From the NCBI RefSeq assembly GCF_001194135.2, contig NC_068987.1, positions 9,540,136 through 9,573,790 on the forward strand: a stretch of DNA of 33,655 nucleotides, read 5' to 3'. This document shows, piece after piece, positions 1 to 10,428 of the stretch (the stretch's first letter is position 1; every line of letters starts with the position of its first letter). The position numbers were made by a program, and so were the translations under genes. The notes beneath the pieces were generated by a model. It was not told where the DNA came from, did not search any database, and saw nothing but the letters and a program-made list of their open reading frames with translations. This stretch comes from Octopus bimaculoides. Lineage: Eukaryota.

Positions 1-428
1 GAACAGAGGTCATCGAAAACTTTTGTCCACTGTTCTTGATTCTGGGTTGTTTTTTTTTTTTCTCCTGAGAGGAGGCCTTCCTCTCCTTGGTCCTTGTGGT
101 GACATTTGGTTGAGATGACCCTGAAGTTGTTTCTCTTTGATCACTATCGCAAACAGCAGTAGCTTTCTTCAACCGAATACATCTCATTGATTGGTTGAAA
201 TTACCTAAATTCGACAACTTCAACATGAAATAACTTCTAAAATACCAAATTTTATCAAAAATGTTCAAAGTAAACTGTGTTCTGTGCGAGACATTCCACC
301 AGAATACGAAGTTTCAAACTGTTTATTTTTAAAAAAATTAATTAAAAAATCTGAGCCAAACTGAACAGATCCAGTATTTGAGTTAATTCTTATTCTGAAA
401 AGAAATTTAATCTTGTATTTTTTTATAG

Positions 429-531
429 GAATTTTAGAATGGCCTGACATGCCAAAGCAAGGAAGCAATGCAACCAAAGTGACACGTTCTCTTCAATGCA
501 ACATGACAGTGAGTGCTGGAGAACAAGACAT
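429..531 (+). CDS. MED25: MED25 exon, N-terminal part of ACID/PTOV domain: (G)ILEWPDMPKQGSNATKVTRSLQCNMTVSAGEQD(I)
   Basis: Acceptor ttttatag at 427-428 and donor GTATGT at 532. The translation matches human MED25 GVLEWQEKPK...TKLTRSLPCQV (recalled). The terminal AT joins the T at 1411 to give an in-frame Ile. Not in the ORF track. Confidence 0.93.
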
Positions 532-620
532 GTATGTATTATCTCTATTCTTTTTCTTCTTTTACCTACATTAAATAACAATGTTTCACTCTAGTCTGAC
601 ACTTCAAACTTTTTATATCA

Positions 621-729
621 CAGTGGTTCTCAACTAAGGTTCACATGATCTGGTGGGAAGGGTCCATCTAAGATTTTGTCATTAAAATTTATGTACTGTA
701 AATTGGTTATACTTATACAAGACACAAAA
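621..729. mobile_element. hAT-type MITE, left end only (same family as 23482-23724)
   Basis: Starts CAGTGGTTCTCAAC. The interior (gggtccatctaagattttg..aaaatttatgt..aaattggttata) aligns by eye to 23510-23580. Truncated where a SINE begins. Confidence 0.7.
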
Positions 730-730
730 T

Positions 731-950
731 CATCATCATCGTCGTCGTTTAACATCAGCTTTCAATGCTGGCATGGGTTGGACGGTTTAACTGAGGACTG
801 GCAAGAGAGAAGGCTGCACCAGGTTCCAATCTGATCTGGCAGAGTTTCTACAGCTGGATGCCCTTCCTAACACCAACCACTCCGAGAGTGTAGTGGGTGC
901 TTTTACATGCCACTGGCATAAGGGCCAGTCAGGCGCTTCTGGCACAAGGC
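731..950 (-). mobile_element. SINE family A (3' tail ...gttaaacgatgatgatg, RTE-like)
   Basis: Near-identical to copies at 1609, 4610, 9853 and 21989. The (ATG)n tail defines the strand. Confidence 0.9.
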
Positions 951-959
951 CATTAATTT

Positions 960-1127
960 CGGAGGAGCCAGGTATGTCGATTACATCAACCCGAATGCTC
1001 AAATGGTAAATAAAGGAGATGAAAAATGAAGTCGACCATGGCAGAATTTGAACTCGGGACGTAAAGATGGATGAAATGCTGCTAAGCATTTTGCCGGGCG
1101 TGCTAATGATTCTGCCAGCTCGCTGCC
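960..1127 (-). mobile_element. SINE family B (head ggcggcgagctggcagaatcgttagc), diverged
   Basis: Reverse complement of the head and B-box-like gagttcaaatt seen at 13076, 16680 and 31458. Confidence 0.85.
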
Positions 1128-1410
1128 CTCTCATTCTATATAATTTCATGTAAGAAACTGTAGTTAAGATATGTTCCAATAATGAAAAATTAGTTGTTAT
1201 AGTAAATCCAAAAGGATTTACTATAAAAACTAATCAAAACACATAAACTATATTTCATTAAAATCATGATTCTAAAATTATTTTTAAATATCCATAATTT
1301 AATTGAATGACTTTTCTGTTTTTTGCTTAATTTGTATTTTATACCTTGTGAAAATTTTTCATGGAAATTTTACCGTTTTTTTTTTTTTGTTTAACTTTTT
1401 CTCTTTTCAG

Positions 1411-1576
1411 TAATGCTAGTAACTGGCCAAACAAACTAATCATGCAGCTAATTCCAATAGACTTCTTGAACCATTTCTCAGAATACTTTGTGAATGCAAA
1501 GACAGTCAACTTCCACTTCACTAACACCGATATTGAAGCTATGCGGAGCCTTTGTCGTATCCTAGGAAATTCTCTT
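1411..1576 (+). CDS. MED25: MED25 exon, ACID/PTOV core: NASNWPNKLIMQLIPIDFLNHFSEYFVNAKTVNFHFTNTDIEAMRSLCRILGNSL
   Basis: Polypyrimidine tract with cag at 1408-1410 and donor GTAAGT at 1577. Matches human WPQKLIMQLIP...[24 protein letters not shown] (recalled). Lies inside ORF 1361..1627. Confidence 0.96.
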
Positions 1577-1608
1577 GTAAGTATATATATAAATATATAT
1601 ATATATAT

Positions 1609-1783
1609 CATCATCTTCATCATTTAACGTCTGTTGTCCGTGCTGGCCTGGGTTGGACGGTTTGACCAGGGCTGGCGAGCTGGAAGGATGCACCAGACTC
1701 CAGTCTGATTTGGCATGGTTTCTACTGCTGGATGCCCTTCCTAATGCCAACCACTGCGAGAGGGTAATGGGTGCTTTTATGTG
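1609..1783 (-). mobile_element. SINE family A, 5'-truncated, inside the 348-nt MED25 intron
   Basis: Same tail and core (gagtttctac/ctggatgcccttcctaatgccaaccac) as the other copies. Confidence 0.9.
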
Positions 1784-1924
1784 GTTGCAAAGTGAGCTTC
1801 TTAAACCCACAGCCAGTTTCTTTCAGGCCCTGTCTATGAAATCCATTCACAAAGCTTAATTTACGACTGCGCCTGGCTTTTTTCCCCCTTTTCTCACTCC
1901 TTTTTCCTCTCCTTGTCTCTTCAG

Positions 1925-2080
1925 GCTGGCTGTGTCCACATTCCCGGTGTGCACCAGTGCGAACTGAGGGTGGTGATGTTAATATACAGCAAGAAGAAAA
2001 AGTCATTTGTCGGGCTCTTGCCTAGCGACCAAGCAGCTTTCATCACAGGAATTCGCCGAGTCATTGCTGAACACAAAAAG
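1925..2080 (+). CDS. MED25: MED25 exon, ACID/PTOV C-terminal part: [52 protein letters not shown]
   Basis: Long pyrimidine tract ending tcag at 1921-1924, donor GTAAGT at 2081, 156 nt phase 0/0. Matches human [47 protein letters not shown] (recalled). Confidence 0.97.
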
Positions 2081-2449
2081 GTAAGTATTTAGTATGTTTT
2101 GTTTTTTTGTCTCTGCAAAATAATGTTGGTGTTATTATTGTGTGAGCATTTGGCTTTCAGTTGCTAGTCTATATGTATAAATATATGTGTGTGCCTTATT
2201 TACTTTTAATAATAATAGATCATAATAATAATAATAATAATAATAGTAATATTGTTGTTGTTGTTGTTACTAGTAGTTGTAGTGGCAGCTGAAGTACTTG
2301 ATTAATTAATATTAAAGCAAATTATTTTCTGTTTTATTAGTTTTAAAGTTTTACTTTAAGCATGTTTGTGTTAAATGTCTTTAAATTTCTTAAAATTTTT
2401 TTTTTGTATAAAAAGTGCATGTGAATTTTTAAGAAAAAATATTTATTCC

Positions 2450-2485
<36 letters not shown>

Positions 2486-2758
2486 GGGTTAATCTTATAC
2501 TTATTTTAGTTGTCCTTATTTAGCCAACCTATTAAGTTTAAGCATAAGACTTTAAAACTTATAAAATGAAAGTGGGTATTTATCAGAGGTTGACTGGAAT
2601 GGCAGTTCTCTTTAATTCCTGGGCTGTACGCATAATATAGTAATAAATATATAAAATAATTACATGAATAAATAAATAAAAGTTCTTTTGGTTCATGACA
2701 ATTCTATTCAATCCTAATCATTCAGCTTAAAGCATAGCTATTAAGACATTTCTTATCT

Positions 2759-3150
2759 CTTTAGCATTCAGGTTATTCGGTCAACTATAATGCTTCTTTA
2801 TTCATATTTTTCCGAATTAACCATGTATTATCGATGATGTGATTGTTTATTTTTAGAATGACATTGTAGGATAAGTGCAAGAGGCCAGACCGGGTTAGTT
2901 TGGGTATTAAACAAGTAGAATATTTTAGGCTGGATTACTCTGTCACATTTCATGCTTATTTGTTCACAAATTTTTGAGTTTATCATATATTATTTCATAG
3001 CTTCAAATTTTCAACGAGGTGGCTTTATATCTTCAGAATGACATTTTAGAGTAGATGTGAAAGGACAGATTTGGCTGTTTTGAACATAAAACAAGTCAAA
3101 TATCTTGGGCCAGATCTGGCTGGTTTAAATCCTAAAACGATTAAAACGCA
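2759..3150. mobile_element. piggyBac-type MITE family, two diverged units in tandem
   Basis: Core tgcttatttattcaca...agaatgacattgtagg...ccagatctgg...aacataaaaca occurs twice head-to-tail and matches 3343-3562. Confidence 0.75.
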
Positions 3151-3342
3151 CTGCTAAGAGACCATACTAGTATAGCCACAACTTAAGTCTTGTATAATCT
3201 TGCATAAGTAGATTTTTTAATAAACACTATTGTACAACTCTTACACCAAAGGTTTTTGTATTTAATATTTGTGTGGTCATGAGTTTTTTGTAATCTAAGT
3301 TTTTGCTTCTAGTACAAAATAAATAGTATTAGTTTTCTTTAA

Positions 3343-3562
3343 CCCTTTAGCTTTCACATTATTTTATCAAATATAATGCTTATTTATTCACATGGTTTTG
3401 AATTAATCAAGCATCATCTCGCAGCTTCAAGATTTCGATGATGTGATTGTATATTTTTAAAATGACATTGTAGGGTAGGTGTAAGAGTCCAGATCTAGCT
3501 GGTTTGAACATTAAACAGATAGAATATTTGGGCCTGATATGGCCATCTTAAATGCCAATAGG
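3343..3562. mobile_element. piggyBac-type MITE, about 220 bp, complete
   Basis: TTAA|CCCTTTAGC...aatgccaataGG|TTAA, with TTAA on both sides (3339-3342, 3563-3566). CCC termini plus a TTAA target are piggyBac hallmarks. Confidence 0.8.
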
Positions 3563-4609
3563 TTAATTCTGAACAAATTTTAATTAGCTTTTGCTGTTAT
3601 TGGTTTGCTTTACCACGAATTGGCCTTGATTGAGCTGATTGCCTTTCTCTCGTGCAGTTTTTTCGGTTTGTGTCTAGGAGCGTGACAGTAAAGGTTATGT
3701 TGTATCGAACTTATTTGCTGTATTTGTAGTAGATTTGGATGTTAAATTAGTAATTGCATCAAACACAGGTAAAGCTGACCTAATTAACATAGCTGTTTCA
3801 ATACTGATGATGGTAGAGTAGTAATAACAGAATTAATTCCATATATCACAACTTGTAAAGTCTGAATACAAGATTACATTTTAATTACTTATTTTCAACA
3901 GTTTTTTTTTTTTATTTATTTATTTTTTCCTGAAAATTCAAGTTAATGATTTTTAAGCATCATTGCATCTCTAATGTGACTCATTTGTAGCTTGGAACTT
4001 TTCTCTTTTTTTAATGAGGCTAATTAACCCTTTGAAATGTTTTAACATCTATCCGAGTCTTGAATGCTCACTAAACCTCATTATATGCACATGCATATAT
4101 ATATATTTACTAATTGTTCTTAATCTTTAAGCTCTTCTCTATGTATAACTCAGCATTTTATTAATTCTGTCAATTTTTTTCTGTCAAAGAAAACAAATTA
4201 CTCACTTTTTTCTTGTCATGATTTCAGTTTTTTTTTGCGGTTAGGTTTCGGTTTCGGAATCTTCATGTTTCCATTATTAACCTTTTGCCTGTCCAAAGCA
4301 TTTTCATAAGTTTGTCCTAAATGTCCTTGCTTGTTTTCAATCTTTTTATTTTAGTTTGCCCTTAATTTAAATGTTCTGAATAATATGAAACTGTCCTTTT
4401 ATAAGTCTCAAGTTACTCTGGTGGTTGAAAAAAAAAAAAATGTTGAGAATGTGTATCACAAATGATGCATGGACACCAGGGGGATATGTCACATGTATCA
4501 CATGTGGTACACAAGACAAGCAAAGGGTCAATGCACAAGCCTCCAGTCCAGTATATTTTGACATAAATACAGGTGTCTGAAATTGTGACATTGCTTCGTT
4601 TATGTATTT

Positions 4610-5063
4610 CATCATCATCATCGTTTAATGTCCGCTTTCCATGCTGGCATGGGTTGGACGATTTGACTGAGGAATGGCGAGCCAGATGGCTGCACGAGGC
4701 TCCACTCTGATCTGGCAGAGTTTCTACAGCTGAATGCCCTTCCTAACGCCAACCACTCTGAGAGTGTAGTAGGTGCTTTTATGTGCCACCGGCACGAGGG
4801 CCAGTCAGGTGGCAATGGCCATGCTCAAATGGTGTTTTTTACATGCCACTTGCATAGGAGCCAGTCCAGCGGCACTGGCAACAACCTCGCTCAAATGTTG
4901 TTTTTCACGTGCCACCAGCATGTGCTGGTAAGGCGACACTGCAACGATCACGCTCGAATGGTGCTTTTTATGTGCCACTGGCACGGGAGCCAGTCAGCGG
5001 CCCTGGCAACGATCACGCTCGGATGGTGCTCTTAGCGCTCCACTAGCACGGATGCCAGTCATG
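4610..5063 (-). mobile_element. SINE family A, long copy with internal ~62-66 bp tandem array
   Basis: Tail at 4610-4640. Units start near 4781, 4842, 4908, 4970 and 5035 (gtgccac...gccagtc...caacgatcacgctc..atggtg). Confidence 0.9.
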
Positions 5064-5116
5064 CATGTCTTTTGCAAAACTCCTGATGTGAAACCATGTG
5101 TTGAAACAGATATTGT

Positions 5117-5278
5117 TATATTTCAGGATGGTCATTTTTGTTTTTTTCTTGCTAAGTAAACACCCACATTATATATTTGTTCTTCACTCTATTATAATAA
5201 ATGAGTGAAGAACAAATATATAATCTGTGTGTGTGTGTGTTTATTTGTTAAGAAAAAAAATGACCATCCCAAAATATA
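5117..5278. repeat. Fold-back inverted repeat with a perfect 22-bp inner stem
   Basis: 5168-5189 attatatatttgttcttcactc is the exact reverse complement of 5203-5224 (13-nt loop). Outer arms ggatggtcattttt..gtaaacac / gtgttta..aaaaatgaccatcc also pair. Confidence 0.9.
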
Positions 5279-6679
5279 GTTTCATTGTTTATAATCTGTA
5301 TAGCTCTTGTTAAATATAGTCATATAGTGAGAAATAGACTTCAATTTTTTATACACATCAGGAAGTTATTGTTCAATTTTGAGGTTTCAAAAATCTTATT
5401 GTGTATGTAATTTGTCAATTTCATTAATTTAGTCTTCTTAATGTGCAGCTCTTCTTAACTTTTCTTGAACTGATCTTTAAAAGCTAATTAGAAGAATCTT
5501 TTGAGAAAAAATTCTGGCCATGATTCTGCCATCTTTGTAGAATAATTGCCTTGCTATATTAAGCAGATTGAGCAGCTATATAAAAAATTGTTTTTTTTAT
5601 GGATTAGAAGCACAAAACATCATCTTTTTTCAGTTTATTTATTTATGAATTGGAACAAGGATTAATAAACTTTGGTACAGAAACCTGAAAGAAAAGTAGA
5701 AAACCATTGATTTAAACTTTTAGATGCTATGTGGATTTAAAAAAAATAATGTTTGTCTGAAATTTCCTTATAAATATAATTAAGTTTTAGAAGTAAAATA
5801 ACAAAATATCGAAGAAAGAGAACTTACAATGTGAAAAGGAAAAAAATTTAAATAACATATATTTGAGGCACAAAAACCCTTCATCAGAGATGTTAGTCTA
5901 TTATAGCATCAATCATGTTGGTCAATATGGCCAATACTTTATAGACCAACACCTCTGGTAATGGATCTCGGGCCTGGAATTTTGTAAATGTTATTAAACT
6001 TTTTCTTTTCACATTGTAAGAAACCCTCTATGTCTGCTATTTTCTTATTTTTACTTGTTTATTACAATGTTTCAGCCAAGCTACAATACTCTCCTTTCAT
6101 CTAAGTTTTATCTCAAATAATTTCTTGTCAGTTCAGTTATTTAAACTATCGAAACTGAGAGTCTTTTAGGTGTCACCCTCTTCTTTTGACTCCAGATTCC
6201 TAGCAATTTGGAATTTGCATGAAGCATAACTTTGTTAAGTTTTGTGCACAAGACTTTATTACTGTTCTTCATGTTTGGTTTTTCTGCTCAAATACTGGAT
6301 TAAGATTTAATTTTAATACCACCCTAGTTACTGGTAATTAGAAAGAATTGTAATTAGGAGTAAATATATGCTGTTTTTACTAAGTGATATGATATTGTGT
6401 TTTGGGTATTTTTCTTAACCTGGTCAATGTCTTTTTGCAGTTTATTTTCTAATACTATGGACATTTCTGAGATATTTTCTTGTTAGGTAACAACAATAAG
6501 GATAGCTTATATAGCTATATATTTTATGTAAGATTCTGCTTAGGGCTAGAATGCTATGCGCTGTTTGTGGTAGGATTTGAATGTTTGGTCATGGACAATT
6601 ATTCCAATGTTACAAACATATAACCTGATACTTTTTAGTCAAATAAACCCATTATTAGTCACTTAATTTATAACTGTTC

Positions 6680-8130
6680 CACCTAGTACATTAGCCTAAG
6701 CCCAGAACAATATAGTCATTATATTAGTGACTGTTGGCCCCCAACTCACTCCCTAGAGACCAGCTGACCAATTTCATCTCCCTTGTTAATAATTTCTGCT
6801 CTACACTAGAATTCATTTCTTACATCTTGGGGGTCATTTATCAACTTCTTAGATCTGTGTCCATCGACCCCCACCCCCCACCTTCCCTCACCTCTCCACT
6901 TTCATAAACTGACCAGCTCCCATGCTTACATTGAATTTTCTTCTTCCCATCTCCCATCTCTTTCTCTCAATTTCTTCATCTTCCACCAGTTTAGTAGAGA
7001 CCCTGCTTTCAAAACTGTGTCCCACCAAATGTTTCTCTTCTGCAATAAGTATACCCCCCTCCTCAAACCATTATGGCGGCCCTGATTCTTTTCCGTTTCT
7101 CACTTGCATTCCCTCAACCTCTCATCTTCTTTACCTCTCGGCTGCTTCACACACCATCTCCTCCGACTTTTTTTTCCTCCTTCTACCTGTCGTCGCCATT
7201 GCTGTCATCTTACCTCAGACTTCACAAATCCCTTCAAAACGTCAGAAAAAACATATACGACCTTCTGCTCCAGCATTCTCCTGTATCTAAATTACACCCA
7301 GACTGGAAACTCTGTTCCTGCGTTTAAAACGACACTGGTCCTTTTGTCCCCAACACACAGCCCTATATGGCCCTCAGTTGCACTTCTGCTAGTCTGATTC
7401 TTACTACATTGCATGCCATCATTGTAATGGCTTGTTTTATAAGTGTGACTGATAACTATCTCAGTGTTTGCTTATGAGAGCCTCCTTGGAATGTCTACTG
7501 TAATGTCTTTGGCATCTTGAAATACACGGTACAATACTTTTGCTCTTCCTGATCACTCCCCAGCTATCATTCCATCTTTGGAAATTTGCTCATGCCATGG
7601 TCCAAATGGAATGTGCTAACTTAGCAAACACTGGTTCATTTTCCATCTGGGAACCTCTGCTCCTAGTGTTATGGACTCTTCCCACCAATTTCTCTCCCTC
7701 AATCTCAACTCTTTCCTTTGTCTTCATTTAATGCTATGTGCCTGTGTTTGTCTTGTATGTGTATCTGTTTTGTCCCTTTGTAGCTGGCTGTGTTGTTGTT
7801 ACTGTTACTGGGTAACTCATCCTACATAGCTTGCCATAGCATTGGCTACGTAGCCCCTCATCCTGCTACATCTTACACCAATTACCCCTCTCCCTAATTT
7901 ATTCCTATCATACTCTTTCCTCCTGCTTGGGCATCCTCTCACCATCCTTCTCCTTCTGCCCTACTCCCTTGCTCCCCATACTTTACCTCCCCCACATCTG
8001 TCATTCCCCACAGTCACTTCCTTATCCACTCCCTGTCACTAAAATTCTACCTATTCCCTCACATTTTCCACTTCTGCTGGCCATTATTTAAAGATTCCCT
8101 ATCGAAAAACCTTAGTCTGAAACTAGATTT
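6680..8130 (+). mobile_element. Decayed Penelope-like retroelement (RT C-terminus plus GIY-YIG)
   Basis: Frameshifted motifs in the correct order: YISDC (6720; YIDDC), QLTNFISLVNNF, INFLDL (6840), FHKLTSSHAYIEFSSSH (6900), SCTSASLI..C (about 7376), FIFHLGTSAP (7635; cf. FIFQLGTLxP). Confidence 0.75.
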
Positions 8131-8519
8131 TTCCAAACTCCCTCAGCTTCTAAAGTTATTGATGTCTACAACCTCTCTTAGATTCATCATCTTAATAAAC
8201 CCACTTGCCAATAATTTATGCCTAATATACATTTTAGGCTGGCTATATTCCTCTGAACAGTCACATTTATTGTATTTAAGTCTGCATTCAAACCTGAACA
8301 TAGTGTATGTAAACAAATAAGAATAAATTTTAAACCATTCCATTAGCTAAACTTATTTTTATCGATATTTTTTAATTAAAATTTCAATGATTAGCTCATT
8401 TATATCTAAGAACAAAAAAAAAAATCTAATTATACTTAATATAATATTTACATAATCAAAACTAGAGAGAAGCTTAGTTAGCTTCTGTTTTCTCCTTTTT
8501 ATTTAAATCTTTCTTTTAA

Positions 8520-8645
8520 ACCTATATATTTTTTTGTGTATATATATATATATATATATATATACAAATTATATATATATGTATTTGTGTTTATTTATAT
8601 ATATATATGTATTTGTGTTTATATATATATATATGTATATATAGA
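8520..8645. repeat. (TA)n-rich compound microsatellite
   Basis: Directly visible. Confidence 0.9.
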
Positions 8646-8787
8646 TTACATGTATCACTGATTTCAGTAATGTTATGCTTGTTGCATGAATATTTTAATG
8701 CTTTTTTTTTTATTCTACTGTTTGGGAACTGTTAGATGTGTGATAGTTGGTGCCTGCCTGACGTTCTGCGTTTGTTCTGTTTCCCAG

Positions 8788-8853
8788 CAAAAAGGTATAC
8801 AGTTTGGCCAGATGGTAATGTCAGTGCCGCAGGTCATGCCCGCAGCTAATCAG
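8788..8853 (+). CDS. MED25: Probable MED25 exon after ACID: QKGIQFGQMVMSVPQVMPAANQ (3' end uncertain; in-frame donors also after 8814 and 8832)
   Basis: Acceptor tttgttctgtttcccag, phase 0, Q/M/P-rich composition like the other post-ACID exons. Assigned by splice signals and composition only. Confidence 0.7.
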
Positions 8854-9816
8854 GTATACACATCTCCCTCTGCAAAATTCTTGTTCTGACACAACTGCGA
8901 CCACTCGTCTTATTTTTTGCTCACCCTTTCGCCTTTTCTGCCTTTGCCACCTCTTTTTCTTCCTGCCCTTTCTTGTTATGGGCCATTCTAGCCATTTGTT
9001 CATATATTTTTTTTTATCTACCCTTCACAATGGTATGGTCACCCTTTATTCTAGATCCTTCCTTTCTGAACCCAAAAATTAAAAAAAAATAATAATAATA
9101 AAAAGATTTAATGAAAAATAAAAAAAAATATCTGTGCAATTAAGCAGTTATTACTATTATGTATAGAAGTAATAATTTAATAATTTATTGTAAGAAAATT
9201 ACTATTGCTATGTGTGGTAATGATAATTTATATCATTAAGGAAATTATAATTACTGTGTATAGTAATAATAATTTTTGTACTTTAAGGAATTCGTTACTA
9301 TTGTTATAGCAATTTCTTCGTAACTAATGCATGCTGTTTTATCCACATTTAATATCTTTATAATGCTTTAGATAATAACAACAATAATAATAATAATAAA
9401 TCAAGCACATATAATGTTCTGTTTGGGTTATTGCAAGATATTTCAAACTCCTCTTAGCACTTCTGACGATTCATATTTGCTATTTTTACAACCTAATGGT
9501 GAACAACATCCCTTCCCAGTTGCTTTTAACACCTAATTTTCTGGTTTTGTATTATAATATATGACTGGGGACACTGTGTTGAGGAAATGTAACCCCCTCA
9601 CCTGAATGAGAAGTAAAAACCTCATTGACTTGTTCATTATAGCAATGTATATGTTTGTGTCACACTTTCAGGTTTGCTTTGAAGCTTAATTTGTCTTAAT
9701 ATCTGAGGAGCTTTCATGAAGGATTACAAGAAAGACTGGTCCCCCCCCAGTAAGCATAAAGGGAAAATTATTGTCTGATTTTTTTTTGTTAGCGTATTCC
9801 CCCAATATCCATGGCA

Positions 9817-9852
<36 letters not shown>

Positions 9853-10074
9853 CATCATCATCATCATCATCGTTTAACGTCCGCTTTCCATGCTAGCATG
9901 GGTTGGACGATTTGACTGAGGACTGGTGAAACCGGATGGCAACACCAGGCTCCAATCTAATTTGGCAGAGTTTCTACAGCTGGATGCCCTTCCTAACGCC
10001 AACCACTCAGAGAGTGTAGTGGGTGCTTTTACGTGTCACCCGCACGAAAACGGCCACGCTCGAAATGGTGTCTT
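9853..10074 (-). mobile_element. SINE family A, abutted by a LINE 3' end
   Basis: Clean tail (cat)n cgtttaacgtccgctttccatgc and core. Preceded by (TG)n(TA)n. Confidence 0.92.
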
Positions 10075-10428
10075 ATGATGGCTGCCCCCTTGTTATCGAG
10101 TATGGCCATTGCACGAAGCTCAACTTAACAGTGCTGTGATCGAATGTGACTTTTTAGCCCAGCCAAAGATCTACAATGTCTTGCACAGAGTTGGCATCCA
10201 AAACCTTTACTGGCAATAAGCTGGCTGTTGTTGTAATTGGGCTCCATGTACCTTTGCGTGTCGTTTAAGTCCTCCTGCTGAATCACACTCCCTTCCACAT
10301 GCCCGACAGACATGACTAGTATGGAGTGTAGCATCATCACCAGCGACCTGGTAGTCAATCCTCGGTCTTGCTTTATGACTACGAAGATGACTCATGAGTC
10401 CAGCTACACACACTTTTTTATATGTAGC
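10075..10428 (-). mobile_element. 3' end of a probable RTE-like LINE encoding three C2H2-type zinc fingers (one frameshift)
   Basis: KKVCVAGLMSHLRSH (partial), CRACGRECDSAGGLKRHAKVH and CQLCARHCRSLAGLKSHIRSQH*, then a short 3' UTR ending gcagccatcat. The 5' part runs into an N gap. Confidence 0.7.

Noticed and set aside
1-428. Further upstream MED25 exon
   Set aside because: No segment encoding the expected ...WS(G) with a phase-1 donor was found; it probably lies upstream of the window.
787-5035. Recurrent HIKAPTTLSEWLALGRAS ORFs
   Set aside because: Translations of SINE family A, not a gene family.
4775-5063. CRISPR-like array
   Set aside because: Degenerate tandem units inside a SINE, no unique spacers, eukaryotic context.
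5078-8125. Hammerhead ribozyme-like motifs (5078-5107 +, about 5865-5890 -, 6065-6100 -, 8100-8125 +)
   Set aside because: Each breaks the CUGANGA or GAAA core, so they are at most dead relics.
10125-10428. Nested antisense host C2H2-ZNF gene
   Set aside because: No TGEKP linkers, a frameshift and a retroelement-like 3' end make a LINE remnant the better explanation.
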